Part shown: piece after piece, positions 53,886-64,000 of the stretch
Layout of the letters: each line of letters begins with the position of its first letter
Position numbering within the stretch: position 1 is the first letter of the stretch
Assembly (NCBI GenBank): GCA_951406725.2
Contig: OX597817.1
Coordinates: 59,272,001 to 59,336,000 of the forward strand
Reading direction: 5' to 3'
Length of the DNA: 64,000 bases
Source of the DNA: Octopus vulgaris
Taxonomy: Eukaryota
The notes under the pieces: model-generated
Seen by the model: the letters and a program-made list of their open reading frames with translations, nothing else
The model's database searches: none
Told to the model about the DNA's origin: nothing
Program-made: the position numbers and the translations under genes

Positions 53886-54500
53886 CGTGTGCGTGTGTGT
53901 ACATACGCGCGTATGTTTGTATGCGATGCATGCATGTACGTATGTATGTATGAATGTATGTATGCATACATGCACCTATGCATGCATATACGTATGTATG
54001 TATGTATGTATGTATGTATGTATGTATGTATGTATGTATGCATAGCTCCTCAGATCTGGACGAGCTTGATGCCTCTTCCACTCGAGTATTCTCCGTCCAC
54101 TCATTTCCCTCTTCCTCTCATAACACATGGATGACGTCCAACCAAATCTGCTCCAGGCCCTTCACTAATCACAATGACCAGTCCTTCTTCTCCTGAATGC
54201 CCCCCTCCTGGAATATCATCCCTGCTCACGTCGTTCTTCCAGGTGTTGACTTACAAACATTCAAGAAGAATATTAATAGCACCATTCTCAATGGTCTGAG
54301 GGCTGACCACCGAAGGCCATGGCAACTGACCATTACTCCAGAGCCAGCAACAAGGAAATAAATACATACATTCAAATACACAAATGTGTTCCTACATACA
54401 TACATACATACATACATACGCACATACGTATACACATATACATATATTCATATATATATACATATGCATGCATATATACATACACACATACATATACACA

Positions 54501-54872
54501 GGCGCAGGAGTGGCTGTGTGGTAAGTAGCTTGCTTACCAACCACATGGTTCCGGGTTCAGTCCCACTGCGTGGCACCTTGGGCAAGTGTCTTCTACTATA
54601 GTGGATTTGGTAGACGGAAACTGAAAGAAGCCCGTCGTATATATGTATATATATGTGCGTGTGTGTTTGTGTGTCTGTGTTTGTCCTCCTAGCATTGCTT
54701 GACAACCGATGCTGGTGTGTTTATGTCCCCGTAACTTAGCGGTTCGGCAAAAGAGACCGATAGAATAAGTACTGGGCTTACAAAGAATAAGTCCTGGGGT
54801 CGAGTTGCTCGATTAGAGGTGGTGCTCCGGCATGGCCGCAGTCAAATGACTGAAACAAGTAAAAGAGTAAGA
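54501..54872 (+). mobile_element. SINE family B, near full length
   Basis: ggcgcaggagtggctgtgtggtaag ... gtcaaatgactgaaacaagtaaaagagtaagag. Confidence 0.9.
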
Positions 54873-55249
54873 GTATACGTATATACATATACATATATTC
54901 GTATATACATAGTCACATACCTACATACATAAGCACACACACACACATGCGTATATACAGATATACATACATTATATACATACATACTGACATATATACA
55001 TATAAATAGATACATACAGACAGACTGACAGAGAGACAGACAGACAGAGACAGCAGACTCAAGTACATACATATATTTACATACATACATACGTACATAC
55101 ATACATACATACATACATGCATACATACACACATGCATGCATTCATACATACATACATACATACATACATACATACATACATACATACATACATACATAC
55201 ATACATACATACATACATACATACATAAGAAATGGTACAAATACATACA

Positions 55250-55980
55250 TAAGAAATGCGTGGCAAGCCAGAGAAAGAATGGACCATATGAAAAGCTTGG
55301 CATGGAGTACAGACAGGTTTATGGCACCTTATTTTGAAGGCTACCTTCTTGCAATTCAAGTACAAGAGATCTTCACCAAGTACCCGCAGCTTAAACGGTG
55401 GAGAACAGTCGACAAATGTAAGGTGTGCAAGACCAAGATCGAAGACATCAACTGCATTAATGCCAACTCCCAGAAAATGTCTTGTAGATATTATATTCCT
55501 ACGAGGCACGATGCAATGGACAGAAAGTTTTACGCAAAAAAATGACAATTTCAGCAAGTAAATTTGATTATATTGAGACCGATGGGGGAGAAGAATGTTG
55601 GCGGAACTTAGGAACTAAAACAGCCACCAAATTAGGCCAGATTTCTTTGTGTGGGACCATAAGAAAAAAAATATGCTCTGTTGTGGAAAGTAGCCGCTCG
55701 CTGGACACCGATGCGGTCAAAAATAATAGAGGAGAAAAAGGACATCTGTGGACCACTGATAAGGAGTTTGCAAATCCAGTACCCAAGATACACCTTCAGT
55801 TTCATATCTGTCATTATTAAGGCAACAGGATATGTACCAGCCCACCCGGAGCAATGTATGGATGAGGTTAGTTTCTTGGGGAGAGGATGCAAATCCTTAA
55901 TTCATACTGTACAAAATGATCAGGATATCTGGGACTATTAAAATCTGCAAGACCTTCGTAAGATTTAAAGAAAGATGAAC
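55250..55980 (+). pseudogene. R4/Dong-clade LINE 3' end (CCHC knuckle and restriction-like endonuclease), decayed
   Basis: EGYLLAIQ..EI, CKVC...EDINCI, RHD, KICSVVE and YPRYTFSFISVIIKATG motifs. Confidence 0.75.
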
Positions 55981-56088
55981 AAAACAAGAGACATTCCTTC
56001 TCAACCTTTCTAGCAAGCGGGTGGCCAGTCAGAATTTATTCTAAAACTAGAAAGAGGGGAAAAAAACATACTCACATGCATACCAACA

Positions 56089-56148
<60 letters not shown>

Positions 56149-56539
56149 TACATACATACATACATACATACATACATACATACATACATACATACATACA
56201 TACATACATACATACATACATACATACATACAAAGGTACTTGTGCTTCGTTCACTCAGAAGATCGATCTATTTACGTCATCGCAGTTTATTCATAGAAAA
56301 GTGTTAATTGTCAGGATTCCAGGTTATAAACAAAACAAGTTGATTTCTTATCAAAAACTGCCAAAATTATACAGAGAAATGCAAACTGGCTGAATTTTCT
56401 TACGTTCATATTCAAATATCTGTGGAGTTATTTACGCAATTAAATATGTTTATAAATGTCTGTCTATTTATTAACAAATTACAACACACACACACACATA
56501 CATATACATGATGGTTGCAACTCGATTCTGAGCAATGCT

Positions 56540-57390
56540 ATCGCATGATTGTTCCGTTAAGTACGAGCAGCATGGATCTGGCTTTTTACTCTGTTGAGGG
56601 ACCTAGACTCTTTTGCGCAAATTTGACAACGATGGGTGCTTCTTGCAGGTGTTCAGGGACCTACTGCTGATGCTTACACACGCCTTCGTTCCATTCTAGA
56701 ACTTTTCATTGGGTGCTTTTGCCTTTTTCTGCAACAGTTACTTTGGCAAGCCAAAGCATACAGGAATTACAATCGTGTTTCGTGGTCTGCTACCACAACA
56801 GCTCCTTTATAGGATCCAGTTAGCTCAAGACATCATCAGGAGGAACCACGTCCAGTTTCGGCCCCTATCCTCTACCGTTTTGACGTGGCGGCTCCCATCC
56901 CTTTCCGAGGTGTCTTCAGCTCTGGTGTTGGGTGCATGTCTTCTTTCTTCTTCTTTCTTCTGTTCCCTGGCCTAACAGAGATGCTAAAATGAAGCAAAGC
57001 CTGAGCCTGAGGCTTTTGGGGTTTTTTTAAGTAAAGAAAGGCTCTGGATAGGGATAATCCTAATCGCTAAACAGCGCATGCGTTTGCCGCCAAAGAAGAA
57101 CTAGCACACATCACCTGATGCAGACGAAGTCACGGGTGTTATATCAAGGTTTTCCTTCTAGAGAGATGTTTAAGCAAAGACAAGGGGTCTCTCACTCCCA
57201 GCTGTGGGAGGGATGTTGGCTCTACTGAATTCGTTCACCCTTTTGCTTTTCGTTCTGCAGGGTATCCAATGAAAATTCCCCTTCTTACCAAGTAGGCTTA
57301 GTAGGGTTGCCGGTTTAGTCGCCGGACAGCCTCACCATGCTGAAGGTTGTACCGGATTACATGTTACCAGTGGCACTGGTAACATGTAGC
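56540..57390 (-). mobile_element. Probable RTE-type LINE 5' region
   Basis: UTR homologous to 16178-16490, followed by decayed coding-like sequence. Confidence 0.4.
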
Positions 57391-57889
57391 CAATTTCACT
57401 AAGAATATATATATTTACATCTTTGTGGGGGGGGCTGCATATCTGAATAGTTAAGAAATTCGCTCCCCAATCACAAGTTGGCGACTCGACGCAAGCTGTG
57501 AGCAGTGGAATCGTTCTTGTAATTCAAAGTTCCAGACTTTGAATTACAAATCTTGTCCCACTGAGTCCGCTTGAGAATTATGTTAAAGGTACACGTATCT
57601 GTGGAATATTCAACCACTTACACACTAACTCAATGAGACGTTGCTTCAGCTTATCGAATAACTGAATACTGATCGCTTTTGTTCTTTGATGTTGTTGTCA
57701 CCCTTTAAACAACGGTTCTATAATCAGAGCATTCTAACCGAAAGCATTCTTCCCTTTCTTACTATGCATCAATCACTGCACCTTCCTTTGTGACATTTCC
57801 TTCGTAAAGACAATATCATGATAAGGTATGATTTGAGAGAGATTAGATTATTCTTTCTAACAGCCAAGTCTCCCTTATATTGGTTCATA

Positions 57890-58555
57890 TTAGAGAAGTT
57901 GTCCTCCAGCTAAAGATAACATCCACTCTCACACTACATTGTCTATATTTTCCAAAACATTCGGTTTGAATGTGTTGGATTTATTGTTTTTAGATTGTAA
58001 ACACTCTAAACATCCTAAATGAAGATTTTGTCTACCAATTGCAAGAATAATCTCAATCGAAGTTTATCAGTTCTCTATATTATGTTTTCTCCATCAAGCG
58101 ACAAGTCAGCTCTTCTGAACTGTCTCCGGATTCTGCTAACAATGAAAAATTCTTATATCGACCAACCGTCATTTCTGATCTTTAGATGCTATCAATCGTT
58201 ACCGTAAACTGCTGTCTTTTTCGTAAATAAACGAATAGCAACAGGGTGCGTCCTTGACAAACTCTTGTGGTAACATCAAAGCATCGATGTTTTCTTTTCC
58301 TTCTGTCACACAGCAACTGGACTTAAAATACTTCTAAAGATTGCGATGCTTTACTTCGGAATCTTGTACGTTATTTTTGCAGTGCTTCACAGCACAAAAT
58401 GCTCGACGAATGCCGTCGAATGTCTTTTAGAAGTCAATAGATATTATTGGCAATGGCTGTTGGAACTCCAAACACTGTTCTATGATATACGGTATTGTGA
58501 AGATTTGTTCTCAGTACGACTCCTCCACACACACACACACATACACACACACACA

Positions 58556-58602
<47 letters not shown>

Positions 58603-58930
58603 ACAAACACACACACACACACACACACGCACTTCTTCGTTTAAAACATACTTGTTCTTCCCTTACTCGTGTCACGAAGTCGAAGTCGCCGTAGAAGAAC
58701 ACTGCAAAGAAAAAAAGAGAAGAAATAAACCTTGCCCAGGACAGACAACAACGTAATAATCCACACCTGTTCTTACAATTTCGTGTATTTCCTTTCTTCA
58801 GCGATTTAAATATCATTCCACGTCGCCGCCGGTTTTCTGGGACACTTAATTGTTGCCAGCAGCTGTTCCTTGATGTTTCAATATTTCGGCTTTTATGCTT
58901 CAACCATCTGAACCAGTGGCTCTGTTGTTT
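57890..58930 (-). pseudogene. RTE-type reverse transcriptase remnant with an internal (CA)n
   Basis: LKKGNTRNCKN.CGL (cf. KKGD..C.NYRGI), DF*KTFDGI and GVCQG motifs. Confidence 0.65.
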
Positions 58931-58939
58931 CTCAATATC

Positions 58940-58941
58940 CT

Positions 58942-58999
<58 letters not shown>

Positions 59000-59265
59000 T
59001 CTTCTTCTTCTTCTTCTTCTTCTTCTTCTTCTTCTTCTTCTTCTTCTTCTTCTTCTTCTTCTTCTTCTTCTTCTTCTTCTTCTTCTTCGTTTTCTTCTTC
59101 TTCTTCTTCGTCTTCTTCTTCTCCTCCTCTTCTTCTTCTCCTCCTTCTCCTCTTCTTCTTCTTCTTCTTCTTCTCCTCCTCTTTTTCTTCTCCTCCTCCT
59201 CCTCCTCCTTCTTCTTCTCCTCCTCTTCTTCTCCTCCTCCTCTTCTTCTTCTCTTCTTCTTCTTC

Positions 59266-59297
<32 letters not shown>

Positions 59298-59370
59298 CTT
59301 CTTCTTCTTCTTCTTCTTCTTCTTCTTCCTCCTCCTCCTCCTCTTCTGCTTCTTCTTCTCCTCCTCCTCA
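58940..59370. repeat. (CT)n + (TTC)n/(TCC)n pyrimidine tract of about 430 bp
   Basis: Direct inspection. Confidence 0.95.
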
Positions 59371-60539
59371 CAACGGCTTACAAAATCATAATCTGGTTCT
59401 GCACAGGTCGTGAAGACTCGTGGCCTACAGGTTAGGCTGTTGCACTCATAATCTCATGATCGCTGTTTCAATTCCCAGGTGAGGTGGTGCGTTGTGTTCT
59501 TGATCAAAACAAGTTCAATCTGTGCCAGTTTGCTCAGCCGTAAATGTATAATCCTTCTCCAGACTGCCGTCCCTTTCGGGAGGAGATGTTTTGATGTCGG
59601 TCGCTTACAACGCCATGGAAATCGGGTAACCGGCCCTATGGGGCCTAGGACTTGTGACAATAGAACCCAAGAGACACACTACCCACTGAAATGAAAGCCA
59701 TTAATGTACAAGGACTGATTCAAGCGACTCCATGGTTCAAAAGTTCACTTCGCAAACCATTTCTCCCCAGTTTCAATCCTACTCGAATCCACCATGGGAA
59801 TGCAAGACTACATTATCCTTCTCTAAGATGGTAAGGTGGGATTTCAGGGAAACTTGGCTACTATTTTTAGCATATTGCAACTAGTAGTGTGTGGTGGTGG
59901 TGGTGGTGGTGGTGGTGGTGGTGTGTGTGTGTGGGTTGGGGATGGGAGGTCTGCTGAAGTATATAAAAAGACTATAATTGTGGTGTGAGAGAGCGAAGGA
60001 GTTTGCCAGGCTGAGAGAAAGAAGAGTGTGTAAGAGGAAGAGAGAAGGGGGATGTGTGTGAGAGGGAAGGAAAGAGAGGGAGAGAGTATAAGTGTGTAAT
60101 AGAGGGAACGAGAGAGTGTGTGTGTTGTGTAAGAGAGAATATGTGTGTGTATGAGAGAGAGACTTGGACAGGGTCCGGGGCCGTTAGGAACCGCCTGAAC
60201 CCCTTTGATACCAGAAAGCTTCGTAAGATTATGAGTTACCATCGGTCGGATTCCGTATCCAACCAATGACTCGACTCGGAAACTGGAATGCATCCGGGTA
60301 CTTGGATGATTCTGAAGCGTCAGCTCAGACTGTTCGGCCATGTTGCTGTTGTGACCGAAATGAAAGCTTTCTTCCATTTAAATTTCATGTTAATTTGTAT
60401 TCCAAACACCAGCTTAATACTGACAAAGTTAATTTAATGAATTCTTCATTATATAAAAAAAAAATTAATTGAAACATAGGCAGTGTGTTTCATCAGAAAT
60501 ATCGTAAAGAAAGTGTTGTAAAGTAAAAGCGTAATGAGA

Positions 60540-61270
60540 TCGATATGCGATAGCAAACGGGACAAGACTGGGCCCTGGGGCAGGCCACAAGTTTAATCAA
60601 AATCAGTTGCTTTGTTGAACTGGAATGGAACACGATATCCGGCTTCAAGAGATGATTTCTTGTTGTTTTGTTGATCCTGGAAGGTCTGCTGAGCACTTCC
60701 GGTCATCCATACCACCCAGAAGATTCCATTCCTGTGTTGTTCCTAGCTTTCTTTTGCTGTTCCTGTCATGTAGAATGCTACTGGAACTTCTGCCGTTATG
60801 GATTCTGCTTTTGCTATAGTGATCATATGAAACGATCCCCTTCAGCACTTGATTGCGCCTCCACAATTTGTGCCTTTCTTGGGTTAGAGCTAGTCGGCAG
60901 GAACTCAAGACATGTTCCATTGCCTGTTAACCGTAGCAGAGTGGACACTCAAGATTATCTGATTTGCCCTATTTCACTTGGTTCATATTCGAAGTCAGGA
61001 AATCATAGACAGATCTGAGGAGAAAACTTATTCTACGAAGTGTCACGTGCCACATTCCACTCGTCATTCCAGCTGAGACACTTCTGGAATGCACCTTTCC
61101 ACATCGTACACTGATCCTGTTAGCTCTGCTTTACTACCTTCCGGTTCTTGTGACATCGTCTTCCTTTTTCACCTCCGGCAGAATCAGATCTCTCCTCAAA
61201 TCTCCTTGACCCCTAACCATCATTCAATTTTTGTTACGCCTATTGCCTGCTTATTGGCCTGAGTCTCATT
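60540..61270 (-). pseudogene. Hero/NeSL-type RLE-LINE 3' remnant
   Basis: RISFLLRSVYD, CPLC...MEHVLSSC..AL.Q.R, LKPDIVFHSSSTKQLILIKL motifs. Confidence 0.75.
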
Positions 61271-61536
61271 ATTTCTCCGATGGTAAGGCCTTCTTTTGCT
61301 GCTTCCTCAGCCTCCTGGACTGGAGCAACGCGAAATGCAGCGGCTTGCTCAAGAACACAACACACTGCTGGTCTGGGAATCGAAACCATGGTCTTTAAGG
61401 GCATCAGTGCAACACCCTCACCACTGGGCTACGCGACTACACAGAGAGAGAAGATGGAATAGAGAGAGAGGAAGTGAGAGAGTAAAGAAGGGAGATGGAG
61501 AAATAGAAAGGCAGAGAAAAAAGGTGACTCAACAGC

Positions 61537-61602
<66 letters not shown>

Positions 61603-62276
61603 GAGAAAGCTTTAAAAACTAGAATTAAGCGTTTGCATGAGATAGAGAAGGGGAGGAGGAGAGTGAGAAGCAGAGAGAACAAAGAAAAATTTTTAAGAGT
61701 ATCGGGCGGCGGTAAGAAGGTAAAGAGAGAAATAGAGGGGGAAAAGAGAGACTGTGAGTTATGGGGGAAGACGGGAGGGGGGAGTGAATAAAAAGAGGGA
61801 GAGAAAGAGGAAGGTGACAAAGAGATGGAGGGAGGAGTGAGAGAAATGAGAACAAAGATGAGTAAATATTGAAGAGTAAAGTCTGAAGAATTATGTGTGT
61901 GTGCACTCACCTATAAATTAATATACATACACATATATGTGTGTATATATATATATATATGTATTAGTGTGTGTATATATTTATATATACGTATGTATTC
62001 ATCTATGTTTATATATATATATATATATATATTCACACACACACATATATGCTTCTATATATAAGTATATATATTTCATCTTTTACTTGTTTCAATGTTT
62101 AGACTGCGGCCAAGCTGTGGCACATATGCGTATACATTGAGAAAGAGGGGCGAGAGAGAGAGAGAGAGAGAAGTACTATGAGAGTTTCAAACAATGAAAT
62201 AATTGAAGAGTATATAAAATAAAGTGGGGAGGGAGGAGAAGAGAGTGTAAAGTTTGAGAGAGACAGGGAGGGGGAA

Positions 62277-62318
<42 letters not shown>

Positions 62319-63492
62319 GGGAGAAAGTGGCATGTGATAGTGACAGGGTGTATGTGTGAGGGAGAAAGACAGAATATTTATGTTTGAGAGAGAGAAAGGA
62401 AGGAAAAGCGAGAGAGGGGGATTTTGTTTGTATGAGAGAAAGTAAATCTGTAAGTAGCATGGTTGAGAGGAAGAATGTTATGTGTGTGTAAATATGTGTG
62501 TGTAAATGTGTGTGTAAATGTGTGTGTGTGTGAATGAAAAAAAGAGAGAAAGTATATGAGTTTGCGTGAAAGAAAGAGATAATATTGTGTGAGAGAGAAA
62601 GAAAAAGTGTGTAAGTTGTATGAGAGAGAAAAAAATGAGAGAGTTTGTGAGAGAAGGAATCTGTGTGTAGATGAGAGTATGTGGTTATGTGTGTGTGTGT
62701 CAGAGAGGTAGTAAGGGAGTGAGAGAGAGAGAGTAAGTAATTATGTGTGTTAGTGAAAGACGAGTGTATGTGAATGGAGCGTGTGAGAGAGAAAGAAAGG
62801 CAGAAGATATGAGGGTGCGTGCTGGAGTTATAGAGAAAGTATGTGGCGATAATGTGTATGTGTGAGTGTGTGCGAGAGAAAGAGTATAAGCATGTGTACG
62901 TGTGCTGCAGTTATAGAAAGTATGTGATGTATGTGAGAGAGAGAGAGAGAGAGAGAGTGCGTGTATGCGCGCGCTATTGCTGGCATATATAAAGCCTGTT
63001 GCCTTGCGTGGCTGACAGTTTTGCTCTCTCCTTTAACACGATATATTGGTCTCTTACCTTATAATATTCAACCACGGGCTAACCACGGGCTAACTACATT
63101 ACATTAACGGATACTGATCTACTTTGTATAATAATATACTCTGTAAGTAACAAGTTTCTTTTATTTCTATTAATTTCTTTCCACTTAAACGTTTGGTATT
63201 AGCTACCCTCTGCTTGTTATATCATTATTTGATGTTTCATTGTTCTTTCTGCCCTTCTGTTACCACGTCTACTTGTTTCTGCTTTTGTTTTCGATCTTCT
63301 AATAAATTAATCTTTACAAAGTCGCCAATAAGTTAACTTATTATTGCGAAATCATTAGTTTTTGATTAGCCAAACTTTCTTTGTTGTGTCTCTCTGAGTG
63401 TTTTGTGTTTGTCGTTAAGAGAACGAGAGAAAAACGAAGAGTATGATGTGTGTGTGTAATATCATAACACACACACACAAACATATATATAT

Positions 63493-63702
63493 GGTATTAC
63501 TTGAGAACAGTGGTCCCGGTGCGCGCACTCGCGTAGTCGCGCATCCGCGCTAGCTAGTCATGATTAGTCGATCCTTTGTGTTATTTTGTGTCTTGTTTAC
63601 TTTGCTAGGTAGTCGTTGTAGGATCGACTAGTCACGACTAGCTAGCGCGGATGCGCGACTACGCGAGTGCGCGCACCGGGACCACTGTTCTCAAGTAGTA
63701 CC
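63493..63702. mobile_element. CpG-rich fold-back element: 83-bp inverted arms with a 44-nt spacer
   Basis: 63493-63575 is the reverse complement of 63620-63702 with three transitions; flanked by TA runs. Confidence 0.75.
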
Positions 63703-64000
63703 TATATAGGTAATACGCCTTTCAATTAACATCTATTCTCGTTTTAAACGTTGAGCACCTGCTGTCTACACAGATACTATACGTAATATATAAACACACA
63801 CACACAACAGGTGTATAAGTGCATATACAAACATTAAATATATTCAGTCCTTAAAATATTGTTTACAACAACGCGGAAGCCGTTACAGGATTGCTTGACC
63901 TACTAGAAATGGCAGCCAGATAGCCTTCGAATCGTTGTACCTAGGTTTCTAGGAACAATGGGAAAGCATATTCGATAATTTAGACTTGCCTTTGGCGGAG

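Overview
Eukaryotic, AT-rich, microsatellite-saturated genomic DNA. The SINE families, R4/Dong, Hero and RTE LINE remnants and decayed Tc1/mariner elements best fit an octopod cephalopod (Octopus-like); this taxonomic call is an inference. Almost all ORFs in the supplied track are microsatellite artefacts. The window appears largely intronic: a chain of small minus-strand exons with good splice sites is visible (666-761, a 27-nt micro-exon at 9558-9584, and 19085-19165), with weaker candidates at 12729-12924, 28128-28288 and 52305 upward. The most striking content is a set of hammerhead-ribozyme (HHR) elements with Penelope-like (PLE) architecture, mostly sitting in (TA)n tracts. (1) A 2.85-kb tandem-plus-inverted array of 535-bp units carries five intact type I HHR cores. 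(2) A tRNA-headed SINE-like element has a 3' tail carrying a minimal HHR. (3) Several type I HHRs have a variant CCGANGA core. (4) Two sequence-divergent elements (14204-14265 minus, 16710-16775 plus) have the three hammerhead strands in an order that is not type I, II or III. That order implies a pseudoknotted, non-circularly permuted hammerhead. All structures were read by eye; no cleavage activity has been shown.
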